Origin: Methanomassiliicoccales archaeon
Lineage (GTDB): Archaea; Thermoplasmatota; Thermoplasmata; Methanomassiliicoccales; UBA472
Direction: 5' to 3'
NCBI GenBank assembly: GCA_026394375.1
Contig: JAPKYJ010000024.1
Location: 101,577-165,576, forward strand
DNA length: 64,000 nucleotides
The notes beneath the pieces are model-generated. The model did no database searches. It was given only the letters and a program-made list of their open reading frames with translations, and was not told the DNA's origin. The translations under genes were made by a program, and so were the position numbers. This document shows positions 1-9,111 of this stretch, piece after piece; within the stretch, counting starts at the first letter, position 1, and every line of letters begins with the position of its first letter.

Positions 1-240
1 CCCGCCCAGTTATCCTCAGGACAGAACACAATCTATGTCAAAGCAACATACCAGCGGGGAGACTTCTGGTACAACTACACCAAGGCTTTCAGCCTAAGTG
101 TTGACACCACATGGATATACCAGAAGAACGGAAGCACTAACCTAGGTATTGGGACTATCGGAGTCATTATCACTGTTATTGCCATTGCTGGCGTTGGCGG
201 ATTCATACTGTTCCGTAGGAGTGGAAGAAAGAAGCCTTAG
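1..240 (+). CDS. 3' end of a cell-surface protein (partial, continues upstream of the window) with a C-terminal membrane anchor
   Basis: Frame 1 is open from nt 1 to TAG at 238-240. The tail reads ...NGSTNLGIGTIGVIITVIAIAGVGGFILFRRSGRKKP, a hydrophobic helix followed by a basic tail. It is absent from the ORF track because it has no start in the window. Confidence 0.45.
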   Translation, partial: PAQLSSGQNTIYVKATYQRGDFWYNYTKAFSLSVDTTWIYQKNGSTNLGIGTIGVIITVIAIAGVGGFILFRRSGRKKP

Positions 241-533
241 TCAATGGGCCATGCGGATAAGAGGCACTTTTATTAAGGATAGGATAACGTGTTTCAGCTC
301 ATCTCTCAGCCTGAGGATTAAGAAGAAGTGGAGGTTTCCATGGGATACACCCCCACTTGCGGGCTCGATGTGGGTCTATTCAGGTTAGGTTACCTCCCCC
401 CTCTCATCATTGTCTCGGTTGAAGGTGCGGTACTGATCCCGGTACTTGATCCGATACATTGCCCGGTTGAGGGGGTGGTTAAAAGGGGGGTTTCGGTTCC
501 GGTCTAAGAAAAGGAAAAAGGGGAATGAGAGAT

Positions 534-791
534 TCAGTGTTGCTTAATAGCTATATGGACCATTCCCTGTTTCACTGCGCCGAGCAATTCTGGCGTGATT
601 GGCACACCATTGTTACCAAAGTCCCCCCACTCAACCTCCCGTATGATACAATATACAAACGGTAGCATGTTCTCCTTAGGATTCGGGCGGGCTTCAATTT
701 CTGCAATCACCTCAGAAACGCGCTTCATCATCTCCAATTTTGCCTCTTTGCTGATGTTTCCCTTTATTAAATCTATTGTTACTACTGGCAC
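534..791 (-). CDS. 4-oxalocrotonate tautomerase-family protein
   Basis: 85 aa. N-terminus MPVVTIDLIKG (Pro-1 after Met removal) and the size are typical of short tautomerase-superfamily subunits. Confidence 0.6.
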   Translation of the reverse strand: MPVVTIDLIKGNISKEAKLEMMKRVSEVIAEIEARPNPKENMLPFVYCIIREVEWGDFGNNGVPITPELLGAVKQGMVHIAIKQH

Positions 792-1143
792 CTTTATTCA
801 CCTCCCCCTCCCAATGAGGAACTGAATTTTGAATAGAGAACCTACAAATGTAAGTCCCCTTATTAGTAGAAGTTTCCCATTTTTATAGGTTGTTATCAAG
901 AAAAAGGGTAAAAGGTTTGCTTATCTCTCCGGTATCCTCCCGACAAGGGATTCGACAAAAAGGGCCCTTTTCGTTTTATCCAGTGAGGAAAGGCCCTCCA
1001 AATCTCCTTGGGCCCACTTCCTCTCACTGGCTCGACCCTCAAAATGCCCTTCTGAGGGCAGACCAGGGCATTCCGATACTGAACAAGACATATCCCCTAC
1101 CTTCTCCTGACGATGGATTCATCAAGGAAAGATGATCCGATGG

Positions 1144-1422
1144 CTATTGCGGACCCCCAACGGCAATTCCGCGAAAACGGAGCTTCAGTCCGACAATGGC
1201 CAGGTTGAGGGCCAATGCCACCGCGTTCCAGAGGACGATGGGGAGGTCATTAAGACCGATCCCATAGAAAAGCCATAGTAGCATCCCCGCGGCCAAGACC
1301 ACTGGCATGATGAGGGAGACATCATCCATCTTCCTTGTACGATAGCCCTTGATGATCTGGGGCACGAACCCGGCTGTGGTGAGGGACCCGGCAAGAAGAC
1401 CCATTGAGAGCAAAGCATCCAT
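1144..1422 (-). CDS. SemiSWEET / PQ-loop family small membrane transporter
   Basis: 92 aa with three hydrophobic helices and a PQ motif in helix 1 (GFVPQIIKGYRTRK). Confidence 0.7.
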   Translation of the reverse strand: MDALLSMGLLAGSLTTAGFVPQIIKGYRTRKMDDVSLIMPVVLAAGMLLWLFYGIGLNDLPIVLWNAVALALNLAIVGLKLRFRGIAVGGPQ

Positions 1423-1514
1423 GGGACACGGATGGTCTGCCGGATAGAAGTGCTCTTCTTCGCTCTTGTAAAAGGTAGTTCCATTCTGGGCGGGGCTGAT
1501 GAGGCAGTTACCCC

Positions 1515-1994
1515 TCAGCCGATGCGCTTCCTCATGTTCAAGCTTCCCACCTCGAAGCCTGAGTCCTGATAGAGGCGCATGGCCACGGGATTGTGCGCGA
1601 ACACGTGTAGATAGAGCGTGCGCAGGCCGAGCTCTCTAGCCTTCACCTCGATCGCTGACATGATCGCCTTGCCGTATCCCTTGTTCCGGAATTCCTCGTA
1701 CACGAAAACGTCATAGATGAAGCCGGAAGGAACGGGACCGGACCGGTCCACCTTGAGCCAGATCGAGCCTACTGAAACGCCAGTACTCTCATGCCTTACC
1801 ACCAGGACGTGGTGATCGGGCGTCTTCAGCCCTTCTGGCAATAGCCTCGTATTCTCGGCCTCCGATCTCTGAAGGGAATCCTCCAGGTACCAGTATCCAG
1901 CCTTCACGTTCTCCTGGGCATATCGTTCGATGCTCTGGCGTCGGAAATCCTGGAATTCCGCCTCGGTCATGTCGTCGAACCTGACGCGCTGCAA
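1515..1994 (-). CDS. GNAT-family N-acetyltransferase
   Basis: 159 aa. Acetyl-CoA binding signature FRNKGYGKAIM and a GNAT-like C-terminal half (LHVFAHNPVAMRLYQDSGF). Confidence 0.8.
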   Translation of the reverse strand: MQRVRFDDMTEAEFQDFRRQSIERYAQENVKAGYWYLEDSLQRSEAENTRLLPEGLKTPDHHVLVVRHESTGVSVGSIWLKVDRSGPVPSGFIYDVFVYEEFRNKGYGKAIMSAIEVKARELGLRTLYLHVFAHNPVAMRLYQDSGFEVGSLNMRKRIG

Positions 1995-2095
1995 TGCATG
2001 CCTCCTTTTCCCATTTGCTTGCTCCTTATCCAGATGGGACTACGATGCTTTCAATCTGATTGTTTCGAAATTCATGAGCCTTCAATTCGGGCCTT

Positions 2096-2773
2096 GTGCG
2101 GAAAGAAGGCAAGAAATTTAGACGCGATTTGATGACAAGAATCAATCGGAAGTCATTTGTCTTTTTCCGGGCATGTCGGTCCATGCGATATATCCGAGAT
2201 CCCAACTTGTACCTTCTCCTAGGGTTGATGCAGTTCGCCATTTTTCTATTGGTGGCGGAGTTCCTCTCTCCGGACTACAGCGTCTCCAAGAACATGATCA
2301 GTGATCTGGGGGTCGGTCCTGAGCCATCGAGGACCATCTTCACCCTTTCCATCATCGCCTTCGGGTTGTTCTCATTGACCGCCGGCCTCCTATATTTGAG
2401 AGGCATGGGCAAAGCGCTCTTTCCAGTGTTCATCATCATCGCCGGGGTCGGAGGCATCGGCGTGGGCGTGTGCAATGAGAACACTGGCGCTCCTCATGTT
2501 TTGTTCGCTTTCTTGGCCTTCTTCTTCTCCGCCCTGGCCGCCCTGTGGTCCTACCGGCTCCTTACACACCCACTGTCGCTGATCTCGATGCTCCTGGGAT
2601 TCGTGAGCGTCCTGGCCCTGATCTTGACGGCCTTGCATACGGACCTGGGGCTCGGTCCTGGAGGCATGGAGAGGCTCGTTTTCTATCCTGTGCTGCTCTG
2701 GGGCCTCAGCTTCGCTGGTAATAGAATGCAGACCGAGTCCGCGGCCGAGAGACTCAAAGAGAAAAGAGGCTAG
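2096..2773 (+). CDS. DUF998-like integral membrane protein
   Basis: About six hydrophobic segments. SKNMISDLG motif after the first helix, as in DUF998 proteins. The true start may be the internal Met at 2183. Confidence 0.55.
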   Translation: MRKEGKKFRRDLMTRINRKSFVFFRACRSMRYIRDPNLYLLLGLMQFAIFLLVAEFLSPDYSVSKNMISDLGVGPEPSRTIFTLSIIAFGLFSLTAGLLYLRGMGKALFPVFIIIAGVGGIGVGVCNENTGAPHVLFAFLAFFFSALAALWSYRLLTHPLSLISMLLGFVSVLALILTALHTDLGLGPGGMERLVFYPVLLWGLSFAGNRMQTESAAERLKEKRG

Positions 2774-2775
2774 GA

Positions 2776-4227
2776 ATGCTCGAGAAACTGGATCTGTCCA
2801 AGGAAATGGGACAGGAGGAGTATCGAAAGGAGCATGAGGCGTTGAGACTACAGCTGGGCGAAGTGCAACGAGCGGCCCGCGACGCGCGGCTGCCCATCAT
2901 CCTGGTCTTCGAAGGTTGGGGACCAAGAGAAGTAGCTAGGACCATTAATCGATTCGTCGTGGCCTTGGACCCTCGAGGCTTCGACTACCATTTCATCGAT
3001 GAACCAGGGAAGGAGGAGAAGGAGCGGCCTTTCTGGTATCGCTTCTATCTGCGGACGCCGGAGAAAGGCAGGATCGCTCTCTTCGACGGCAGCTGGTATG
3101 GACGGGCGCTGCAGGAGCGAGAGGGAGAAGCCGAATTGCGACGGACGGCCGCCGAGATCGCCAGCTTCGAGAGGCAGCTGGCGGAGGATGGCGCTCTCAT
3201 CGTCAAGCTCTTCCTGCACATGAGCGAGGAAAGGGTGAAAGAGGATAAAGACGGAGGATGCGAGGCTCTAGATTCGACATCCAAGCTCGGTAGGCATTAT
3301 TCACAGCACTTGGCCAGGTTCGAGAAGCTTCTCCGTGAGACAGACAATAGCTTTGCTCCTTGGACGATGGTCGAGGCAGACGACCGGCACCACGCGACCA
3401 TTAAGTCGATGCGGACCTTCGTGAGCTCGGTCCGAAAGGGCCTGAGCGAGAAGCGACCTGAAGGCAACTTGAAAGGTCCCGATGCTGCGGATAAGAGAGA
3501 CTGGAGAAAGCATAGCCCTCGGACAAAAATGGATCTTCAGCAGTCTGTGTCCGACGAGGATTACAAGGAGGTCCTCGATGACCTGCAGAAGAAAATGGGG
3601 GAGGTGCAGTGTCAGCTGTTCAAGCAGAAGCGGTCGCTCGTGGTCCTCTTCGAAGGTTGGGACGCAGCCGGAAAAGGAGGGGACATCCAGAGACTGGCTC
3701 AAGCACTGAACCCCCGTGCCTATAGGGTGGTGCCGGTCTTCGCCCCCACGGAGGAGCAGAAGGCGCATCACTATCTGCACCGCTTCATCGACGGGTTGCC
3801 CAGCCAAGGGCAGATGAGCATCTTCGACCGCAGTTGGTACGGAAGGGTGCTGGTGGAGAGGGTGGAGGGATTCTGCAGCGCCGCCGAATGGTCCCGCGCC
3901 TACCGGGAGGTCAACGAGTTCGAAAGCATGCTGGTGGACGACGATGTGGCGTTGGTGAAGCTCTGGCTCGAGGTGGACCAAGAGGAGCAGCTTCGCCGCT
4001 TCCGCGAACGAGAGCAGGATCCGACCAAGGAATGGAAGATCACTCCTGAGGACTGGCGCAACCGCTCGAAATGGAGAGAGTACGAGGAGGCGGTGGACGA
4101 AATGCTGGTGCGCACCTCCACAGCGCAAGCTCGATGGAACGTTATCCCTTCGAACGACAAACACATCTCACGCCTCCAGGTCCTGCGCACCGTCATCTCC
4201 GGCGCGGAGGCCGCTTTGGAGGAATAA
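2776..4227 (+). CDS. two-domain polyphosphate kinase 2 (PPK2; polyphosphate:AMP phosphotransferase-like)
   Basis: 483 aa with two tandem PPK2 repeats. The C-terminal repeat has an intact Walker A (FEGWDAAGKGG) and lid (FDRSWYGRVLVERVEGF). The N-terminal repeat is degenerate (FEGWGPREVART, FDGSWYGRAL). Confidence 0.85.
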   Translation: MLEKLDLSKEMGQEEYRKEHEALRLQLGEVQRAARDARLPIILVFEGWGPREVARTINRFVVALDPRGFDYHFIDEPGKEEKERPFWYRFYLRTPEKGRIALFDGSWYGRALQEREGEAELRRTAAEIASFERQLAEDGALIVKLFLHMSEERVKEDKDGGCEALDSTSKLGRHYSQHLARFEKLLRETDNSFAPWTMVEADDRHHATIKSMRTFVSSVRKGLSEKRPEGNLKGPDAADKRDWRKHSPRTKMDLQQSVSDEDYKEVLDDLQKKMGEVQCQLFKQKRSLVVLFEGWDAAGKGGDIQRLAQALNPRAYRVVPVFAPTEEQKAHHYLHRFIDGLPSQGQMSIFDRSWYGRVLVERVEGFCSAAEWSRAYREVNEFESMLVDDDVALVKLWLEVDQEEQLRRFREREQDPTKEWKITPEDWRNRSKWREYEEAVDEMLVRTSTAQARWNVIPSNDKHISRLQVLRTVISGAEAALEE

Positions 4228-4303
4228 GCGCTCCTTGAACCCCTTCGACAACTCATTTCCGTTTTTCGTCCTGGATCAAGAAAGGCGGGACTCCGCTACC
4301 TGG

Positions 4304-4603
4304 TCAAAGCCGGAATACCCGCTCCAGCCCTTTCTCGACCTCTGGCCAAGAACCGCACTCCAGGACGTCGTCCGTGACCGGCGTGGTCCTGTCCACGCAA
4401 TAGGCGTTCTCCGGCGGGTCGCTCTCGAAATGGATGACCAACAGGCGAAAACCACCGACCTCGATCCTCTTGGCCTTCGGACTAGCTACGACCGATGCAC
4501 CGTATCCGTTAGGGAAGCGGTAGATCTTGTGTATCCTCTTCCCGTCCATGCAGCCGCAGGCGCATTTGGCGTTCAGGTCGACGATGTACTTCTCGAAATC
4601 CAC
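4304..4603 (-). CDS. hypothetical protein
   Basis: 99-aa ORF with protein-like composition and a Cys cluster (CACGC). No family recognised. An antisense ORF 4235-4636 competes with it. Confidence 0.35.
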   Translation of the reverse strand: MDFEKYIVDLNAKCACGCMDGKRIHKIYRFPNGYGASVVASPKAKRIEVGGFRLLVIHFESDPPENAYCVDRTTPVTDDVLECGSWPEVEKGLERVFRL

Positions 4604-4729
4604 ATGATCACCTCCGGTCCGTTCGGTTCAAGGTAGCATGAGCTCTTGAATCATTTGTCTGTTTCTGTTGGACGATTCCCTATTCCATGGCTCTTGAACC
4701 AGGCGAGCCCAGCGCACCAATAGTTCGTC

Positions 4730-5734
4730 CTATGCGAGCTCGACCGTGCCCACGATCCTCAATTTTCCACCTTCCATGTGCATGAGCACCCCCCTTGCGC
4801 CGGGAGGATGAACGACCTCCTTCTCCAGGGAGAGTTCTAGCATCGGCCGTCGCCAGTCAGCTCCGTTCTCGACCCCGACCACCCGGGCGGGTATGAACTG
4901 CATCCAATGTCCGAGATGGACCACCATGCCCTCTTTGAGCGGCGTGGGCCAGAAGCGTATCAGCTCCGCTTTTCCTTTTATCATGAGGTCGCATCTCATG
5001 TCCGATTGATTGGTGAGCACGAACCCTCTGTCGAGTTCGTCCGAGTCCACGCCCTTCAATGACAATCCCACTCTGTCTCCGCTAACGGCCATCTCGAAAT
5101 CGTCTTCGTGCTTCTGGACCGATCGCACCAGAGTCTCCTTCTTTCCAGGTAGGGCTTTGAGCGTATCGTGCTTGCGTATCTCCCCGCGCGCCACCAACCC
5201 CAGGACGACCGTGCCGACGCCCTTCACATTGAAACAATGGTCGATGGGGACGGAACCACCGGCCGACGACGGAGCTGGGGCGGTCGCTTTTCCCGCTTCA
5301 TCTAATAACCATTCGCGCAGTTTCACGAGGTCGCCATCAACATAAGCATAGTTCTCCGCCACCGTGCCCTTGATCATCGGTGCCAGCTGCTCCTTGGTGA
5401 GGAAGTTGCGCAGAAGTATCAGGCCACGATGGCGCTGTAGCACGTCCAGCATGAGGAGCGATTCGCCGAACTGGGCGTTTATCTGATCGACCACCAGCAG
5501 AGCCATGTCAGCGATGGCGCAAGTGTAGTACAACGGTGCAAGGCGCTCCGGATACATGGTCGCCTCGATGAAGCTGACCGTGTCCTCCCCCCTCTTCACA
5601 TCGTAGAGGGTGATGTCGCTGGATGTGCCCTTCTTCCCCAGGTCCTTGGCGAAGTCCACCGGTCCGATGACCGCCACGCTCAGGTTAGGCATCAGGCCTG
5701 CTATCGCTGCCTGGCTCTTGAGCTCTTCGGTCAA
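4730..5734 (-). CDS. EF-Tu/SelB-like protein with a degenerate GTPase P-loop
   Basis: 334 aa. GTPase-like N-domain followed by clear EF-Tu domain II/III-like beta-barrels (PIDHCFNVKGVGTVVLGLVARGEIRKHD, GDRVGLSLKGV). The G1 motif reads GPVDFAKDLGKKGT instead of GHVDHGKS/T. The start may be Met-15. Confidence 0.6.
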   Translation of the reverse strand: MTEELKSQAAIAGLMPNLSVAVIGPVDFAKDLGKKGTSSDITLYDVKRGEDTVSFIEATMYPERLAPLYYTCAIADMALLVVDQINAQFGESLLMLDVLQRHRGLILLRNFLTKEQLAPMIKGTVAENYAYVDGDLVKLREWLLDEAGKATAPAPSSAGGSVPIDHCFNVKGVGTVVLGLVARGEIRKHDTLKALPGKKETLVRSVQKHEDDFEMAVSGDRVGLSLKGVDSDELDRGFVLTNQSDMRCDLMIKGKAELIRFWPTPLKEGMVVHLGHWMQFIPARVVGVENGADWRRPMLELSLEKEVVHPPGARGVLMHMEGGKLRIVGTVELA

Positions 5735-5845
5735 CGGAAAGAGCGAGATTCATCGATGACTTCTTGTCCCTGAAACATAAAGAGTACAGATGAACCGACT
5801 CAAGTCAAGGGCGTGAAGAGGGAGCTGGAAGTGGGATCGAGGGTA

Positions 5846-6562
5846 TTAGGACAATTGGCACTGTTGCCGGGGAGCTCGCTCCCTTAGGCGCCTGGAAATG
5901 CTCTCGCTCTGCAGCTCTCGGAGAGCATCTGAGGCAATCCATCTGGCGCCCTTCGAGCCGATGGCGGCGATCTTCTTTGCCTCTTCCACTGCCACGGTGT
6001 TGAGACGGATATTGCGCTTGCCCACCTGTCTAAGCGCCCAATTGACCGCCTTCCTGACCATTGGACGCTCATCCTTCGCACCCTCCTTGATCAGCGGAAG
6101 CAAGGCCCGGAATCGCTCATCCTCTGCCTTCTTGTCGTGAACGGACCTCTGAGCGATAAGTACGAAGCCCGCCCTCTTGACGTACTCTTCCTCGCGGCAG
6201 CACCAGTCCGGGATCACTTCCCAGGCATGAGAAGTGCGATCGAAAAGCCAGTTGCAGACGCCATCGCATAGGCCCCAATTGTCGAAGTCCAGGGCCCAGC
6301 GCTCCATCTGTTCCCTGGCAACCTTCCTTGGATCGTCCACCATCGCCGCCAGGATGCGCGCCTCGTAGATGCCGCTTTGCCATGGCTCTTCCGCCAGGTC
6401 GTGGTCTTTGCCCAGCTCCTTGGCAAGAGCCTTCATGGCCGGCATGGGGATCCCGAGGACGCACTGAGAAACGATCCCGTATCGGGCCATCCCTTCTACG
6501 TTCCGTGCATCTGCGTGGGAGCGCAAGGCTCGAATGGCGGATTCCGCTTTCTTCGAGATCAT
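5846..6562 (-). CDS. DNA alkylation repair protein (AlkD/HEAT-repeat-like family)
   Basis: 238 aa. Helical-repeat protein resembling the 'DNA alkylation repair enzyme' family (MARYGI..., WNLCDGVC, VRKAVNWALRQVGKRN). Confidence 0.7.
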   Translation of the reverse strand: MISKKAESAIRALRSHADARNVEGMARYGIVSQCVLGIPMPAMKALAKELGKDHDLAEEPWQSGIYEARILAAMVDDPRKVAREQMERWALDFDNWGLCDGVCNWLFDRTSHAWEVIPDWCCREEEYVKRAGFVLIAQRSVHDKKAEDERFRALLPLIKEGAKDERPMVRKAVNWALRQVGKRNIRLNTVAVEEAKKIAAIGSKGARWIASDALRELQSESISRRLRERAPRQQCQLS

Positions 6563-6757
6563 CTCATCGCCTCTTCATGTTTGGTTTCCTAGCTGAGATC
6601 ACTGAACGTTCCTCTCTGGCGTTGCCTTGTTCAGCAAGGTCTGCTCCAGCTGAAACCGAAACGCCTTGCCAATTCTTAAATAATGCCGCCTCGAATGAAA
6701 TCAGGCCGCGGTGCTTGGGCATTGCGAGGTGTGAATATGTGTGAGGAAGACGCAAGA

Positions 6758-7402
6758 ATGGGCATTCCCCTTCTGGGTGACAAGTTCCCTGAGGTAGAGG
6801 TCCAGACCACCCATGGGATGAAGAAACTGCCTGATGACTACAAGGGCAAATGGTTCGTGCTATTCAGCCACCCCGCTGATTTCACTCCAGTCTGCACCAC
6901 CGAGTTCTATGCCTTCATGAAGAGGTATGAGAAGTTCCAGAGACTGGATTGCGAGCTCATCGGTCTCTCCATCGACCAGGTGTTCTCGCATATCAAGTGG
7001 GTGGAGTGAATCAAGGACAACCTCGATTGCGAGGTGAAGTTCCCCATCATCGCGGACAATGGAGTACTGGCGAAGAAGATGGGCGTGGTCCATCCCGGAA
7101 AAGGCTCCAACACGGTCCGGGCGGTCTTCATCATGGACGACAAGTCGATAATACGCGCCATGATCTACTATCCACAGGAAGTGGGAAGGAGCATCGATGA
7201 GGTGGTCCGGGCCTTGGAGGCGCTGCAGACCTCGGATGCCAAGAAGGTCTCCATGCCTGAGGGATGGCCAAGGAACGAACTCATCGGGGACGAGGTCATC
7301 GTGCCTCCGCCACGGGACGTCAAGAACGCCATGGAGAAGAAGAAGGGCCCGAACTGCTACGACTGGTGGTTCTGTCACAAGAAGCTCGGGGGCCGAGTGT
7401 AG
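6758..7402 (+). pseudogene. peroxiredoxin (Prx6/archaeal thiol peroxidase type) interrupted by a single in-frame TGA at 7007-7009
   Basis: ORFs 6683-7009 and 7034-7402 are in the same frame. Joined, they give a full-length Prx with the peroxidatic motif FTPVCTTE and C-terminal CYDWWFC. The stop lies in SHIKWVE*IKDNL, where homologues have Trp. Gene identity is confident; functional status is uncertain. Confidence 0.8.
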
Positions 7403-7485
7403 TCCGACGGGACCCATCCATCTTTTGCCTAGCCAGGGACACCCTGGCACTTTTCTCATCTTTCATCTGGAGTGCCTGAGATCCA

Positions 7486-8082
7486 TCAGAATCCAGGCAC
7501 GAGACCGGACACCGAGGTGAAGAACGGTAGGTAGACGATTCGAGCATCTCGAACGGTCAAGGTGTAGTCGAGGTCTTGCAGCACGCCAGGCTTCTCAGCC
7601 TCCATGGTCACCACGACGAAATCCGCCAGTTCCGCCGCCTCCACCTTTCTTACGGAGGCCGGCAAGCGTGGGACGTTGCCGAAGTCCAGACGAGAGGCAT
7701 AGCGCGGAGGGTTGGCGGTCATCATCGTGGCCAGCCTTCGGAACGTTCCGGGATCGAACTCCCCCGCGGGCACGAAGACGAAGATATCCCCACTGTTCTC
7801 CTGTGGACCTCCCCTGACCCAGTTGGAGAGCTTGAAAGCCGTTCCTCCGGAACTGGAGATGTGATTGATCACGAAATTGCAGTAGAGCCTCCAGAAAGGG
7901 ACGTAGACACGGTTCTCGAGCGGCGCACCCTTGGCGAAATCACCTATCTCAAAGTCCACCAATTGTACTCCACCGTCCCGTATGTGCATCGTGCGGCAGT
8001 TCTCGCAATAGAAGAGACGGTCCCTGACCTTCATCTGGATGGGGTTCTGGCAAGAAGGGCACTTCACCTGCACAACGCGCAT
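7486..8082 (-). CDS. N-terminal zinc-ribbon protein (soluble paralogue, last gene of the SPFH operon)
   Basis: 198 aa. CPSCQNPIQMKVRDRLFYCENC ribbon and YVPFW / VYLPFF motifs shared with the two upstream genes. Its ATG overlaps the upstream TGA (TGATG at 8080-8084). Confidence 0.7.
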   Translation of the reverse strand: MRVVQVKCPSCQNPIQMKVRDRLFYCENCRTMHIRDGGVQLVDFEIGDFAKGAPLENRVYVPFWRLYCNFVINHISSSGGTAFKLSNWVRGGPQENSGDIFVFVPAGEFDPGTFRRLATMMTANPPRYASRLDFGNVPRLPASVRKVEAAELADFVVVTMEAEKPGVLQDLDYTLTVRDARIVYLPFFTSVSGLVPGF

Positions 8083-9110
8083 CAGATATTCCCCCCGAAC
8101 TGTCCGCCCAACTGTCTAGCCACATCCTTCAGGTCCTTTGTCGAATCACCGCTTCCGTTCTGACGGTCCGAGAACTCGCCCTCGATTATCTCCGATCCGT
8201 GGCGGAAGAAGCGATAGGTGAGATAGAGCACGCCCGCTCCCAGGATGATACCTCCGATTGCGAGATAAACTGAGTCCTGGCTTGCAGAAAAGGCCGCCAG
8301 GAGCAATCCTCCTGCGGAAGCGATGCCCCCCACGGCCGAACCGGCCGTGATGGCCAAGCTCTGGAACAACGGGTCTCCAGGAGCGCGGCCGGAGAGCAGC
8401 TCCCCTGTCACCCCGTCCACGGTGTCCATGTACATGCGCTTGCGATACGAGTAGCGCATCACCCATATCGGATAGTAGATGATGGAGATGGATTTGGGGA
8501 AGGCGTGCAGGCGCTCGAAGGTGATGTGCGGCACGTGGGCGTTGGAACGGCCCCATTCGATGGCCGCTTCCTTGGCGTCCTTCATGGCATCGTCCTTGCT
8601 GGTGGTGGTCTCGAAGGTGGGGATGAGGTCGAAATCGGCCAACGCCCGCTCACCTTTGAAGTTCTTCAAGGTCTTGATGCCCAGGTCGCCTGGGTCGCAG
8701 GCGATGGCCGAGTAGCGATAGTCGCTCAGGACCATGATCTCCTTGGGCACCTTTTCCACATATACTTGACCTTTCGGTCCGGTGTGCCTCCTCTCCTCAT
8801 AGCCGCACACCCAGCCCGCGATCCTGGCCGTGGAGGACCAGAACGGGAGGTAGATGGGGTAGACCTCATCGGTCTTGCCCGTGCGCTTCAGGTCCCGAGC
8901 CTTCCAGCCCCGCTTCCACCAGGACTCGGAGGTTTGGATGGCGTTCTCGCGGGTGAGCTTGTTCTTGAAAGCGATGGTCTGCACGCCTCTGTCGCCCTCC
9001 ACGAAGAGGGTGGAGCCGCAATACTGACAGTTGATCGTGTCCTCCCCTTCGTCCATGCTCAGAGCGCCTCCGCAGGCGGGGCAGCTCAGTCCCACTGACA
9101 TCTCGGCCAT
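8082..9110 (-). CDS. N-terminal zinc-ribbon membrane protein (paralogue 2)
   Basis: 342 aa. CPACGGALSMDEGEDTINCQYC ribbon, IYLPFW and IIYYPIWVMRYSY...VDGVTGELLSG motifs, and two C-terminal hydrophobic helices (SLAITAGSAVGGIASAGGLLLAAF, LAIGGIILGAGVLYLTY). Confidence 0.7.
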   Translation of the reverse strand: MAEMSVGLSCPACGGALSMDEGEDTINCQYCGSTLFVEGDRGVQTIAFKNKLTRENAIQTSESWWKRGWKARDLKRTGKTDEVYPIYLPFWSSTARIAGWVCGYEERRHTGPKGQVYVEKVPKEIMVLSDYRYSAIACDPGDLGIKTLKNFKGERALADFDLIPTFETTTSKDDAMKDAKEAAIEWGRSNAHVPHITFERLHAFPKSISIIYYPIWVMRYSYRKRMYMDTVDGVTGELLSGRAPGDPLFQSLAITAGSAVGGIASAGGLLLAAFSASQDSVYLAIGGIILGAGVLYLTYRFFRHGSEIIEGEFSDRQNGSGDSTKDLKDVARQLGGQFGGNI

Positions 9111-9111
9111 A

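Noticed and set aside
6683-7402. Genome-wide UGA=Trp recoding, or selenocysteine, as the explanation for the TGA in the peroxiredoxin
   Set aside because: TGA terminates many well-defined neighbouring genes (ileS, rpe, fen, dys), so it is a normal stop here. The TGA is not at the redox-active Cys position, and I saw no obvious SECIS-like element. Local mutation, sequencing error or read-through is more parsimonious.
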